From contig OZ360228.1 in NCBI GenBank assembly GCA_977017645.1, positions 140,058,001 through 140,122,000 on the forward strand: DNA of 64,000 bases. The letters run 5' to 3'. The position numbers were made by a program, and so were the translations under genes. The first letter of the stretch is position 1. The number at the start of each line of letters is the position of its first letter. A model generated the notes under the pieces. It worked only from the letters and a program-made list of their open reading frames with translations. It did not search any database and was not told where the DNA came from. The DNA is from Torpedo marmorata (taxonomy: Eukaryota). Positions 48,583-61,710 of the stretch are shown here, piece by piece.

Positions 48583-48632
<50 letters not shown>

Positions 48633-48634
<2 letters not shown>

Positions 48635-49119
48635 CAGAATCAGAATTTATTGTCATGAGCAAGTCATGAAATTCGGTGTTTTGCGGCAGCATCATAGTGC
48701 AATTAACATTCATATTAACCATCTAACGACATTACTATAAAAAATTATAAACAATAGTGCACGAAAAGTAAGGCAGTGTCTTTGGTTCATTGATTATTCA
48801 GGAATCTGATGGCAGCGGGGAAGAAGCTGTCCTTGTGCCGTTGAGTGCTCGTCTTTAGGCTCCTGTACCTTTTTCCCGATGGAAGCAGAGTGAAGAGGGC
48901 ATGACCTGGGTGGTGGGGGTATTTGAGGATAGAGGCTGCTTTTTTAAGACACCGCCTCATGTAGATGTCCTCGATGGAGTGAAGTTTGGTGCCTGTGATA
49001 TCACAGTCCGAGTTATCAACCCTCTGGAGTTTACTCTTGTCCTGGGAGTTGGCGCCTCCATACGAGGCAGTGATGCAACCAGCCAGAATGCTCTCCACGG
49101 TACACCTGTAGAAGTTTAC
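48633..49119 (-). mobile_element. Rex1/Babar-type 3' fragment
   Basis: Close relative of 22785-23370; VNFYRCTVESILAGCIT. Confidence 0.85.
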
Positions 49120-49253
49120 NNNNNNNNNNNNNNNNNNNNNNNNNNNNNNNNNNNNNNNNNNNNNNNNNNNNNNNNNNNNNNNNNNNNNNNNNNNNNNNNN
49201 NNNNNNNNNNNNNNNNNNNNNNNNNNNNNNNNNNNNNNNNNNNNNNNNNNNNN
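49120..49253. other. Assembly gap (N run)
   Basis: N bases. Confidence 1.
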
Positions 49254-49294
49254 ATAGAGATAGACAGATAGATATTTGGACAGTGATACAAATA

Positions 49295-49623
49295 CAGTGG
49301 AAGTCCAAAAATCCAGATGCCAGAAACCTGGACCGCCCGAGAATCCGGACTTTTCGAAAATTCTCAAACTTTTTAAAGTCAGCGGGCTTTTGTGTGCGTG
49401 CGTAAGCGCCACAGATGTACAGCGGCATTTTTCTTTTCCTTTAAAACTGCTCGTTTTGATAAATGAAGCTTGCTGTATTTGCTAATGAATAAACTATTAA
49501 AATTTACTTGTTCATCTTTTCTTTATTCCTCCTTAAATTTGAATTTTAAAAGTACTGCCCGAGAATCTGAAAAATCCAGACCGACCCAATTCCCGAGCAG
49601 TCTGGATTTTAGGACTTCTACTG
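49295..49623. mobile_element. TcMar/Tigger-like MITE
   Basis: TA|CAGTGGAAGTCCAAAAATCCAGA ... TCTGGATTTTAGGACTTCTACTG|TA. Confidence 0.85.
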
Positions 49624-50810
49624 TAGAAACCAGAACTGCATGCAACAGGGAAGTCAAAATGGTTCTGAGCTTTTGTAGATTCAAAGAGGTAGATTGAGAA
49701 CCACAAGCACAGAAACCGGCCCTTCGGCCCAACTCCTCCATGCTATCCGTTGTACCCATTTAAGCTAATCCCATTTGCCTGCGTTTGGCCCATATCCCTC
49801 GAAACCTTTCTTATCCATGTAACTGTACAAATGTAATGGCACCCCATCACCTCTTCCTCTCTGGCAGCTCGCTCCGTATGCCCACTGTGTGGAAAAACAT
49901 GCCTCTCAGATCTCTCTCACCTTAAATCTACATCCTCTAGTTTTAAATTCAAGTTTATTATCATCCGATTACAACCCGACAAAACAGTGTCCTCCGTTCC
50001 TTGGTGCAAAAATATGCAAACACATACAGACATAAAACACATGCAACAAACGATACATGTGCAGTATGTATATTCATATATAAAAGCGAATAAATATTGT
50101 TAAATAAATAGTAGTCTCAGAGGGTTCGTATGAGCAGTTCATCAGTGGACCTGAGTAAAACTTGAAAGTCTGCAGACACCGTAATTGAAGTAAAAACACA
50201 ATTCTCAAATCTGTCGATCTGACCTGCTGGGTTTCTCCATCAGTGGACCTACCTACCGAGAAAAATGTTTGTGGCTATCAATACTATCTGCGCCCCTCAT
50301 CATTTTATAAACCTCCACGCTTCACCCTCCTGTGCTCCAGAGAGAAGTTTCAACCTTACTGATCTCCCCTTACAACTCAAGGCCTCCAGTCCAGGGAACA
50401 TACTTTTGAATCTCCAACTTAATAACATCTTTCCAGAGCATGGTGACCAGAACTGCAGACAATACTCCGTGTGGTCTAACCAACATTTCGTACCCCCGCC
50501 GCACGACGTCCCAACTCTTGTGCTCAATGCCGCAACCAATGCTGGCAAGCATTGGCTCCACTGTGTGCCTGGTGCTGGAGGGAGTGAATGCTACGTCAAT
50601 TAACACCATTGACAGGGTGTTAATTGAGTGAGCTACATTGTCCTGCATGACGTAAGCTGCATTCATCCAGGCAAGCGGAGAGCGATCCACCGCACTCCTA
50701 ACGTGTCTTGTAGATGGCAACATGTTGGAGTATCAGAAGGAGAGTCATTCACCACAGAGTATCCAGCCTCTGTCCTGTTCTTGTAGCCATAGTATTTATA
50801 TGCTGATCCA

Positions 50811-51082
50811 GCGCTGAAGGGTTCCCAATCGTGTCGGAGGTTCGGATCTGGAGCTCGGGTTGCTGATAGTTTGGACTGGACTCTGTGTGGCTGCGAAAGT
50901 GCTGGAGGCGAATGGACACACTGTGATTCTGGGGGAACTCTCTTTTGCTTCACTTTCTCTGACTGTAAGAGGTGCTTCAGGCAATTTCTGCCGATGGCGA
51001 ATCTGTCTGCCTTACAGCAGACAAAAGCAATTTTGTGTAATATGACACTGTTTTTATTCCATGACAATAAATTGAATCTTGA
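50811..51082 (+). mobile_element. 3' part of the GC-rich non-autonomous element family
   Basis: Matches 28558-28845. Confidence 0.8.
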
Positions 51083-51410
51083 GCAGCGATGACCCCAGTG
51101 ATACTGATGGAGAACTCAATGGTGGTCAAGGGTGGGCTGTTGAATTGTCTTGTTGCCTGGCACTTATGTGGAGCAACTATTGCTTGTTACTTGTCTACTT
51201 CCTGCTGCACGTGGGTACGTACGCACTGCTTCACTTGCACAGGAATTGTGAATGGCATTGAGCACTGCGTGATCGCCACTTCTGACCTTGTGGTGGAAGG
51301 ATGGGCAGTGGTGGAAGGACAGGCAATGGAGAAGCAGGTGCGGTGGCTGAGTCCAGGACACTGCCCTGCAGAGACGACCTAGGCTTGGGGTCACTGACTT
51401 CCAGTAAGTT

Positions 51411-51695
51411 AGGGCAGCACGGTTGGTGTAGCGTTTAGCGCAACGCCTTTACCGGGGTTCGAATCCCGCGCTGTCTGTAAGGAGTTTGTACGTTCTCCCT
51501 GTGTCTGCGTGGGTTTTCCCCGGGGGCTCCGGTTTCCTCCTACCGTTCGAAAAGTACGGGGGGTGTAGGTTAATTGGGTGTAAATTGGACAGCACGGACT
51601 CGTGGGCCGAAATGGCCTGTTACCGTGCTGTATGTCTAAATTTAAATTTAAAATTTTATATTTAAAAATGTAAAATTTAAAATTTAAATTTAAAA
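51411..51695 (+). mobile_element. V-domain SINE (HE1-like)
   Basis: A box, B box, V domain, (TAAATT)n tail. Confidence 0.85.
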
Positions 51696-52374
51696 CCACA
51701 CCTGTGTGAGGTACAAATCCAACCACAAGTGCATCTTGTAGACACAAGGGGCTGCGGCGGGTGGAGTCCAGAGCAAAAATAAAACCCCAGCTGCCGGAGG
51801 TACTCAGCTGGAGCTGAAAGAGTGACCATGCCTTTGCCTCCACAGATTCTGCTTGAGTACCTCCGGCAGGTCCACAACTATTTTCCCTTTGATGCCCATT
51901 GACCCCAGTTTTACCACCCGGCCATACGCTTCCTGGGTGTCACGGACAGTCACCCTCACCTCAGGAACCTTTTAACTGGCCTCCACACTGCTCCTGAAGC
52001 TTTATAAAGTGTGACCCTTTTGTCCGTGTTCAAATACCACAAATTGTTTGACAGACTGAAATTTGACCTTTGCTCACCACCAAAAGTGCCACGGCAATTC
52101 AAACAACTCGTTCAAGTCAGCACACGCTGGTGGGAGCCCAACCCCTCCCTCCGAACAAAGCCCCATCAGTTAGTTCTCCTGTATCTGATTCAGCACTGGG
52201 GACATGGGTGATCAACAGCAAACAGAAACATCACTGATGTCATCAACAAGTAATATGTGAAAACAAGGTTGGACAACAAAAACACACCAAAACTAACATC
52301 TGTTGGTCTGGGAAGGGGCTCAAGCTCCTCAGTTCGCACTCCCCCCTAACTGGTGGTCCGTGGGGTGAGTAGCG

Positions 52375-53365
52375 GAGTGATCTCTCTCTCTACCTCCCTC
52401 TCCTTCCCTTTCCCCTCTGTCTCCTTTCCTCCAGCCCTGCATTCACAGAGCCACCTCCTCGCCAAAGCAATTCTCACATTTTCTCGCCTGTCCTCCTATC
52501 CATGTTCAATTATCACCTTTTGCCTGTTGGTCTGTGCTGGCTTTCTCTACATCGGAGAGACCGGTCGTAGATTGGGAGACCGCTTCGCTGAGCACCTCCT
52601 CTCCGTCCGCAACAACTGCGACCTCCCAGTAGCCAACCATTTCAATTCCGAGTCACACTCCCACACTCATATGTCTGTCCATGGCCTTATGTACTATCCC
52701 ACCCAGACCACCTGCAAATTGGAGGAACAACATCTCATTTTCCGTCTGGGCACTCTCCAGCCAGGTGGCATTAACATTGACTTTTCTGCTTTCCACTAAA
52801 CCTGCTTGCCTTTTCCTTCCCCTCCCCCCTTCCCTGTCGTTCCACCCACCCAGCCATCCCTCCTCTCCCTCTTTGCTGCTGTCCCCTCCCTCCTTTCTCC
52901 ACCTATCATCTCCTGCCTTTGCCACCCCCCTTCCCCCCCACCCAATGCCGGTATTTTCTCATACCTTGATGAAGGGCTCAAGCCCGAAACGTTGGTTATG
53001 TATCTTTATCTTTGCTATATAAAGTACACTGTTTGACCTGCTGAGTTTCTCCAGCATTTTGTATTTTTACTCCTCCCCTGCCCATTCTTCCCTTCTCCCC
53101 AGCCTTTTAATTCAGACGCCTGTCTGATTTTTAAAGGTTCCATTATTGTCACGTAATACTACATTCTCATACCTTGAAGAAGGGCTCAGGCCCGAAATGT
53201 TGTTACACATCTTTACCTCCTCTCGACGCTGCGAGACCGTCTGAGGTCCTCCGGCATTTCTGTGTTTTTACTACAATCACAGCGTCTGCAGACTTTCCTG
53301 TTTCACTTTACCCTTTACTTCCTACGGATGCTGTGTGACTTGCTAAGTTTCTCCAGCATGTTTGG
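52375..53365 (+). mobile_element. Cluster of nested Penelope 3' fragments with hammerhead motifs (~52960-52998 and ~53170-53200)
   Basis: GFLYIGETGRRLGDRFAEH...IDFSAFH at 52538-52799; ACCTTGATGAAGGGCTCAAGCCCGAAACGTTGGT. Confidence 0.85.
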
Positions 53366-54074
53366 GTACTGCACAATAATGCTTCAATAGTGCATACAAA
53401 TATTTAGGGGGTATGGGATCGTGGATTGGAAGGGGCTGTTACCGTGTTGTATGTCTACATTAAAAAAATAAATATTTTGTTGGTCTCAGAGTTGTTCTAA
53501 TTACAGAACAGTGAAGCACAGGAACAGGCCATCCATCCCACAATGTCTACATCAAACATGATGCCAAACTAAATATCTGCCGCCTGCACACGATCCATAT
53601 CCTTGTATTACCATAAGTCTATCTTGAAGCGTATCGAACACTTCTATCGTGTCTGCATCTACCACTACCCCTGGCAGCCTACTGTATGCATTCTCTGTGT
53701 AAAAAATAACTTGCCCACACATCTCCTTTAAGCTTCCCACTCCCTCCCCCGACTTAAATGCAGGGGATAGGTGGGTTGTGTTTGAGAATTAAAACTTAGG
53801 AACTCATGAGGGAATCATAGGAGTAGGCGATTTGGTTACATTCCATTAGATCAAAGCTGGTTTGTACCTTATCTTAATCCCCTTCCCTAACGATATCAAT
53901 CATTGCTGCTCCGAAATCATCAACCAACCTCCAATCTCAACAACTTTTTTTTTTAAAAAGGGGGAAGACAAGGCCTGATTTCCACCATCTTTCACTGAAA
54001 AGACATTCAAAACAAAATAAAACTCCAGATGACAATCCAAAATAAAATCGGAAAGTATTGCATAAAAAAAGGAG

Positions 54075-54298
54075 CAGTCAGTGCAACGACGTTACAGCGC
54101 CAGCGACCGGGGTTCGAATCCAGCTCTGTCTCTAAGGGCTTTGTACGTTCTCCTCGTGACCTGCTTGGGTGTCCTCCGGGTGCTTCGGTTTCCTCCCAAG
54201 TTCCAAAGACATATGGGATTTGTTGGTGAATTGGTCTCGTGGGTGTATTTGGGCAGCGTGGCCGGAAAGGCCTGTTACCGTGCGGTATCTCTAAATTA
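54075..54298 (+). mobile_element. V-domain SINE (HE1-like)
   Basis: B box, V domain and tail. Confidence 0.75.
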
Positions 54299-54629
54299 AG
54301 AACGTAAAAAAAATAAATTCAGCAGCACCAATGGAGCTTGATATTTACTCCACCTTTCCATGTTTTTATTTGGGTAAACCTGTTGTCACACTTGAATGAC
54401 TTGGCTCAAGTGTGAAAGCCTCTTCCCAGCATGCTCTAGCTTTCCCACCTGAAGCAACGGGATCCAACTGCCCCATGGATTTCCCTGGACATTTAGGTAG
54501 GGTGCCAGGGCGGATAAAGTCAAGTTTTCAAATCCAGGGTCAGTCCCAAATCAGAGACAGGCCACTCAAGCGAACTGGGGAAAGCCACGGTACAAAAACG
54601 GGACCAAGATCAGGAAATTACAGAAACAC

Positions 54630-55075
54630 TCAGTATATACTTGTGTAATAGTCAAATTTTGTGGATCAATTTTTAGGGTAAAATTTAGGGGGTCGACTAT
54701 TACACACATACAACTTTTGACCGCGGTAATTACCTGCGTCGTTCAAGGCGTCGGGAGCTCGGACGGGTGGGCGGCTGGGGCATCGGGAGCTCGGCTGGGC
54801 GGGCGGCCGGAGCGTCGGGAGCTCGGACGGGCGGGCGGCCAGGGCGTCGGGAGCTCGGATGGGCGGGCGGCCGGAGCAATGGGAGCTCGGATGGGCGGGT
54901 GGCCTGGATCACACACTCCGCTGATCCTACTGCCCGCGACACGGCCACACGCGCCATAATCACGCGATCGCAAGTCACGCCCACTAACACTGCACAGCCA
55001 ACATACTTTCGCGAGCCGCTCATTCATGTCAAAGAGCCGCATGTGCCTCGCGAGCCATGGTTTGGCCACCCCTGC
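54630..55075. mobile_element. Composite DNA-transposon remnant with a ~30-bp GC-rich tandem repeat (54747-54905)
   Basis: TcMar-like left part, GCGTCGGGAGCTCGGACGGGCGGGCGGCC units, hAT-like right end GTTTGGCCACCCCTG. Confidence 0.55.
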
Positions 55076-55498
55076 ACTATGCTAACCGTGCCGCCCCAAT
55101 AATCTCAAGCTGTTTTTATTTTGCACTAATATGATGCAAAGATTGGGTTAAAAAGTTCACTGATGGCAAGAAGAATTTCAAGAAACTTCCCAGTCATTAT
55201 GCACAAGTTATTTAAGATGAGAACTATGCTACTTTTGATGACTCCCACACACTGACTGCCAGCTTTCCTTATTTTTAATCCAGAGATCAAAGTCACCAGG
55301 ATTTACTGATCTGTGTCAGCATTGGGTTGAATCCAACGTCCCTGCCAGTGAAATTACAATGAACAGCCTCAAAAGAAAAACAAGTTCGATTTGCAAAAGA
55401 ACCATTCATAACTTGAAAACAAACATTTACATTCTCCACTTTGAGCAAAGGGAGGGTGCAAAATCCAATTAGTATGTTCTTTTTTTATTCTTCTAAAG

Positions 55499-55833
55499 CA
55501 GTGGTTTTCAAACTGCCCCCTAAACTCACATTCCACTTTAAGCAATCCCAATGCCATAAGTGCTCTGTGATTAGTAAGGGATTACTAATGTTTTAATCAT
55601 ACCTAATTGACTCGTTATGTGCACGGTTTCATAACTCCAAAGGAAATGGGCCAACGACAATTTTTCTAAAGCAAAATATTCCAGTAACAATTGGGTCTAC
55701 AGCAGTGATTCTCAACCTTCCCTTCCCACTCACATACCACCTTAAGTTATCCCTTACTAATTACAAAGCACCTATGGCATAGGGATTACTTAAGGTGGTA
55801 TGTGAGTTTAGGGGGGCAGTTTGAAAACCACTG
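55499..55833. mobile_element. hAT (Charlie-like) MITE
   Basis: TIR CAGTGGTTTTCAAACTGCCCCC; TCTAAAG on both flanks; same family as 1929-2270. Confidence 0.88.
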
Positions 55834-55927
55834 TCTAAAGCATGTAGGAAAGTTTGCAAGTAAAAACATAGAAATGCTGGAGGATCTCAGCAGGCTTCAC
55901 TGAGTCCATAGGAGGTAAAGATACACG

Positions 55928-56170
55928 AGGGCACCATGGTCAGCTAAGGGCAGCACGGTCAATGAAGGGCGACGCGGTCAGCGAAGGGCGACGCGGTCAG
56001 CGAAGGGCGACGCGGTCAGCGAAGCAGTTAGCGCAATGATATTACAGCGTTAGCTCCCACGTTCGAATCCGGCGCTGTCTGTAAGGAGTTTGTACGTTCC
56101 CCCCGTGTCTGCATGGTTTCCTCCAGGTGCTCCTGTTTCCTCCCACCCTTCAAAAAGTATGGGGGTTGGA
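55928..56170 (+). mobile_element. V-domain SINE with a tandemly amplified head
   Basis: 19-bp AAGGGCGACGCGGTCAGCG units precede the B box and V domain. Confidence 0.75.
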
Positions 56171-56654
56171 GATCAAATCAGGTCCATCATCAAACACCAA
56201 CTCGTTTGTGCTGGTTGTCTCAGTCTGTCCATGGTCTCATGCACTACCAGACTGAACCACCCGCAAATTATTCCGTCTGGGCACCCTCCAACCGGATGGC
56301 ATTAACATTGACTTCTCCGGTTTCCGTTAGGCGCCCCACCCCTCATCTTTCCCTATGACTCTTTTCCTCTAGCTCGCTCTCTCCCTCCATCTCCTTTTCC
56401 TCTGTCTCCTTTCCCTGAGCTCTGCTTCCACAGAGCCCCAAACAACCCCCTTCCCCCAGTCAATTCTCACCTTTCCTCTTTCCTGTGCCCCATCCATATC
56501 CAATTAACTTCTTTTGTCTGTTGGTCTGTACTCCTCCCCCTGCCCATTCTTCCCTTCTCCCCAGCCTTTTATTCAGGCATCTGCCTGCTTTTTGCTCAAA
56601 CCTTGAAGAAGGGCTGAGGCCTGAAACATTGGTTATATATCTTTTAATTTTTTT

Positions 56655-56880
56655 TAAATTTAGACATACAGCACAGTAACAGGCCCTTTCTGCCCACAAG
56701 TCCGTGCCACCCAATTGACCTACACCCCCGGTACGTTTCGAACGGTGGGAGGAAACCGGAGCCCCCGGGGAAAACCCACGCAGACATGGGGAGAACGTAC
56801 AAACTCCTTACAGACAGTGCGGGATTCGAACCCCAGTCCCAAACGCTGGTGCAGTAACAGTGTTGCGCTAATCGCGCTAA
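56655..56880 (-). mobile_element. V-domain SINE inserted in a Penelope tail (56225-56940, +)
   Basis: The host tail TATATCTTT..ACTTCCTATGG is interrupted; hammerhead motif at ~56600-56635. Confidence 0.75.
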
Positions 56881-57322
56881 TCTTTACTTCCTATGGTCGC
56901 TGCGAGACCTGCTGAGTTCCCCAGGCATTTCTGTGTTTTTAATCAGAGGCTAACACTGCCAGGAAATGCATTATGAAGTGTAAGGTGTCACAACTAAAGG
57001 AACGTCAGTGCGAGTCTGCACTATACAGGGAGAGAGCTGATCACAGGAGCCCCAGCAGGGCTCATAGCTGCATCCACACCATCTTAGCCCTTGGCCAGTG
57101 AGTCTAACATCTAACTCCTGGATACAGTAATCAGTTTTATTTTAAGGCAAGAATGCATGAAGGTATTCACCAACTTTGTACAACTGCCAGTCCATTCCAA
57201 ACCCATAACTATCTCAACTCGCCCTTTTTGGAGAACTGAGAGAATGAAGGTCTGTGAGTCACAGCCAGCTTCTGGGTCAGAAGGATGTGGCCTTGAGGAC
57301 TACCTCATAATTTAAGTTTAAA

Positions 57323-57575
57323 AGGGTGGCACGGTTGGCGTAGCGGCTAGCGCAACGCCTTTACAGCGCCCGCGATCGGGACTGGGGTTTGAATCCCGCA
57401 CTATCTGTAAGGAGTTTGTACGTTCTCCCTGTGTCTGCATGGGTTTTCCCCGAGGGCTCCGGTTTCCTCCCACCACTTGAAACGTACCTGGGGTTGTAGG
57501 TTAATTGGGTGTAAATTGTGCGGCACGGACTCGTGGCCGAAATGGCCTGTTACCGTAGTGTATGTCTAAGTTTTT
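57323..57575 (+). mobile_element. V-domain SINE (HE1-like)
   Basis: Full-length head, V domain and tail. Confidence 0.85.
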
Positions 57576-57606
57576 AAAAATTCCATTCAAGTTAGAGTTA
57601 GACCAT

Positions 57607-59010
57607 CAGACATGGGAGCAGAAATAGGCCATTCAGTCCATCGAGTCTGCCCTGCTATTCAAACATGAGCTGATTCATTTTCCCACTCAGCTCCACTGCC
57701 CGGCCTTCTCCCCATAACCTTTGATGCCCTGGCTAATCAACAACCTATCAATGTCTGCCTTAAATACACCCAATGACTTGGCCTCCACAACTGCCTGTGG
57801 CAACAAATTCCACAGATTTACCACCCTCTGGCTAAAGAAATTCCTCCACATCTCTGTTCTAAGTGGACGCCCTACAATCCTGAAGTTGTGCCCTCTTGTC
57901 CTAGACTCTCCCACCATGGCAAACAACCTTTCTACATCTACTCTGAACGTGTCTTTCAACATTTGAAATGTTTCAATGAGATCCCCCCCCCCCCCATTCT
58001 CCTAAATTCCAACGAGTACAGGCCAAGAGCCGGCAAACGTTCCTCATATAACCCTTTCATTCTTGGAATCATCCTAGTGAACCTCCTCTGAACCCTCTCC
58101 AATGTCAGCACATCCTTTCAAGATTCAATTTATTGTCATAGTAATAAAGCAGTGTCATATTCCATGAAATTTCTTTTTGCCTGCTGCAAGGCAGACAGAT
58201 TCGCCACCAGCAGAAATTGCCTAAGCGCCTCCAACATTCCTTACAGTCAGAGAAAGAGAAGCAAAAGAGAGTCTCCCCAGAGCCACCGAGTGTCCATAGA
58301 TTCGCCTCCAGCGCTTCCGCAGCCACACAGAGTCTGGTCCAAACCATTGGCAACCCGAGCTCCAGATCCGAACCTCCTTTGACGCCCTCTGCACCCCCTC
58401 GCATCCCGGTGCCGATACCTGGTACTCCTCCAGCCAGCTCGAGCCAGCCACCAGCAGTCCGCAGCCCGGCGCGAGTCTCCCAACAGCAGTCTCCAGCAGC
58501 CCACAGCCTCCGCGAGTTCCTCGCCTCGAGTCGCCAGCAGCCCGCCAAATGCACTGGTCCTTCAGCCTCAGAGCCCATCACTCGTCCGCTGCCGTGGTCA
58601 CCGTCCCGTGGGCCGTCTCCTCCGCTTCTCCTTCTCAGACGGGGGGGTGATCTTCCCGCCCTCTGGTGCCCTGCTCTAGTCCTCCGCTTCCCCGGAGTCT
58701 GCAGCCCCTCGTGGCTGCCATCTCGGGCGCAGACCCCGTGGTCGCGGGATCTTAAATAAAACCACCGTCGGCTCCCTCAACGGGCCGTTCAAAGCCCGTG
58801 CGGAACCGGCGGCAGTCGACTGGACCCCGCGGGAGCGCTGTATCTCCGCTCCCACGTTCCCCGCGGGTCCGCACCAGCGCTGCCGTTACAGCGGCTCCGG
58901 CAGCGCCGCCATTTTCTCTTTCTTAAATGAGAAGCCCAAAACTGCTCACAATACTCCAAGTGAGGTCTCACCAGTGCCTGAAAAAGCCTCAACATCACAT
59001 CCCTGCTCTT
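57607..59010 (-). mobile_element. CR1-type LINE 3' fragment split by the GC-rich element
   Basis: LVRPHLEYCEQFW on the right piece and RNFFSQRVVNLWN on the left piece. Confidence 0.85.
58118..58915 (-). mobile_element. Full-length copy of the GC-rich non-autonomous retroelement
   Basis: Begins AAAATGGCGGCGCTGCCGGAGC and ends GACAATAAATTGAATCTTGA; cleanly interrupts a CR1. Confidence 0.82.
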
Positions 59011-59241
59011 ATATTCTTTTCCTCTGATAAGTTTTCTTTTATTTATTTTTCAAAGATCTGGACAGAGATATGGATCCTCATACAGTTCCTGCTATCTTGG
59101 CCAATTCTCATCCACTCAACAATGGAAAACAGCCACTGGCCATTCATCTGATTAAATGCTTGAGGAGCACAGTCAGGTTTGGGACTCCTGTGGCAACCAG
59201 GGGGAGTCCAACTTCAGTGAGGCTAAGGCCATACTTTAGAG

Positions 59242-59441
59242 CAGCCATGCTCAACCTTGTTTTGGTTATGGCCCCCTTAGGACTCTGCTCAAAGTTTATG
59301 GGCCCCCTTCCCTGTGAAGCAGTCAAGTTGAGTTGATTTCTTCCGTACTTCTCTCCGACTACATAAAAACACAAAAAACATTTTATTATTTCAGTCCGTG
59401 GACCACCTAAAATATGCTGTGGCCCCCGTTGAGAATGGCTC
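59242..59441. mobile_element. hAT MITE
   Basis: Ends CAGCCATGCTCAAC / GTTGAGAATGGCTC; 8-bp TSD CTTTAGAG/CTTTAGAT. Confidence 0.75.
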
Positions 59442-59712
59442 CTTTAGATGATGTACACCCAGTCCATTGCAAACCGCCCACATCTCTCCTCAGGTGAGGT
59501 GAGGGGACCAGACCGTGCATGCACGATGCCATCCAGAAAGTAATATTTAAATAGCATTCATGCCAGCCAATCACATGCACAGGTCAACTTAGCCCGACAT
59601 TCAAAGGTCTCACCAACAATAACATGTAGTCGCCACTAACCAGAAACTTGGATCTATCACATAAATCCCGTGGTTTATATAGGTCAGAGAATGGGTAATA
59701 ACCAATTGAAAA

Positions 59713-59975
59713 TGGGTGGCATGGTTGGCGTAGCGGTCAGCACAACGCCTTAACAGCACCAGCTATCGGGTCCGGACCGGGGTTTGAATCCCGCGCTGTC
59801 TGTAAGGAGTTTGTACGTTCTCCCCGTGTCTGCATGGGTTTTCTCCGGGGGCTCCGGTTCCCTCCCTCCGTTCAAAATTACCAGGGGTGTAGATTATGGG
59901 GTGTAAATTGGGCGGCACGGACTCATGGGCCGAAATGGCCTGTTACCGTGCTGTATGACTAAATTTAAATTTTAA
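59713..59975 (+). mobile_element. V-domain SINE (HE1-like)
   Basis: Full-length head, V domain and tail. Confidence 0.85.
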
Positions 59976-60066
59976 AAACTACTTTTTCCTTGGGTGACAA
60001 TAGCAAATACCAGAGGACATTGTATTAAGGTGAGTGGAGGAAAGTTTAGGGGAGACGTCAGTGGTA

Positions 60067-60112
<46 letters not shown>

Positions 60113-60271
60113 GAGTGGTGGGTGCCTGGAATGCATTGCCAGAGGTGGTGGTGGAGGCCGGATCAATAGGGACATTCAAAAGACTTCGATGAGTACATGA
60201 ATGTAAGAAACATGGAGGGTTACGGGTGTGAGGGAGGGAAGGGTTAGATTAATTTTTTTTTATTTTTTTTT

Positions 60272-60475
60272 TTAATTTCGACATACAGCACGGTAACAGG
60301 CCCTTCTGTCCCACGAGCCCGTGCCGCCCAAATAACCTACAACCCCCATACGATTTGGGAGGAAACCGGAGCGCTCGGAGGAAACCAACGCAGACACGGG
60401 GAGAACGTACAAACTCCTTACAGACAGCGCCGGATTCGAACCGGGGTCGCTGGCGCTGTAATAGCGTGGTCACCG
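60272..60475 (-). mobile_element. V-domain SINE (HE1-like)
   Basis: V domain and tail on the minus strand. Confidence 0.8.
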
Positions 60476-61474
60476 TCCTGTAGGGTCCTCTCCTCTGCTT
60501 CTCCTTCTCAACGGAAGATGTTCTCCTCGTTTCTGGTGCCCTGCGCTGGTCCGCTGCTCCCCCGGAGTCTGCAACCCATCCTGGCAGCTGCCGAGCACAG
60601 GCACTTCCATTTTGGGCACAGACCCGTAGTTGCAGGATTTTAGTTTCAAAACACCGTTGGCTCCTTTAACAGGCCGTTTAACCCCTGTACGGAGCCGTCG
60701 GCATTAGGATCGGACGGTTGTTACAGCAGCTCCAGCAGCCCCGCCGTGTTTTTTTATTCATGAGCTATTTCCTCTGAGATTTAATATTATCACAGTCATA
60801 CCTTCCAGCACAGGACAAATCGAGGCAAAAACTTAAGCAGCTCATGTAATTTCGTTGACCAATAAAATTCACCTTGGTCAACAGCAGCGAAACCTCCACA
60901 ATGAATGTTTTGCTCTCGAATAAGGTATTGATCAGCATGGAGGTCAACATGGAACCTCCAGATGCATCCGTGGAAGGCAATAGACACTCAACATTTTGGG
61001 CCGAAACCCTACATCAGGAATACAAGAACCGGGCGGATGGCCGAATAAAAGGGAGGGGAGGTGAGCAGGGGCTGGCAGGTGATTTGTGAACGCAGGTGGG
61101 AGGGGAAAGAAAAGAAAGGAGCTAAGATGTGATAGGGAGAAGGGGCAGAGAGCTGAGAAAGGTGACCTCTGATAGGAGGAAGGTAGGAATGGGGGTGGGA
61201 ACGCTGGAGGAAGGAAGGTAGGGTGATGGGCAGGTAGGGGGAAGAGAGGAAGGAGGAGGAGGATTGGGGCCAGAGAGATCAGGGAAAGCGGAGCAGAAAG
61301 GGAGCGGAGGAGTCGATATCTGGTTTTTCGGCATGGACGACTTAGGTCAAAGGGCATGTTTCTGTGTTGGAGAATGCCATGACTCCATAACAATAAAGCT
61401 CTAGATCTACTTGCTGAGTCTCTAAGAGCTAAAATTAAAGAGACAATCGTCTTGACAATTCCAGCAAGTTCTCT

Positions 61475-61710
61475 CAATTTAGACAAACAGCACAGTAACA
61501 GCCCTTTTGGCCCACGAGCCCGAGCCACCCAAATACACCCAATTGACCTACAAACCCCAGTACATTTTGAAGGGTGGGAGGAAACCGGAGCACCCCCCAC
61601 AGAGACATGGAGAGAACGTACAAACTCCTTACAGACAGCGCCGGATTCGAACCCTGGTCGCTGGCGCTGTAATAGTGTTGCGCTAACCGCTACGTTAACT
61701 GTGCCACCCC
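61475..61710 (-). mobile_element. V-domain SINE (HE1-like)
   Basis: Head GGGTGGCACAGTTAACGTAGCGGTTAGC, B box and tail. Confidence 0.82.

Noticed and set aside
58105-58759. 158-180 aa ORFs in the GC-rich element
   Set aside because: Frames are not conserved with the 28-kb copy and no domain is recognisable.
60069-60107. 39-nt poly-T as a retrocopy tail
   Set aside because: It sits at a short T run inside a continuous CR1 fragment with no TSD; slippage expansion is more likely.
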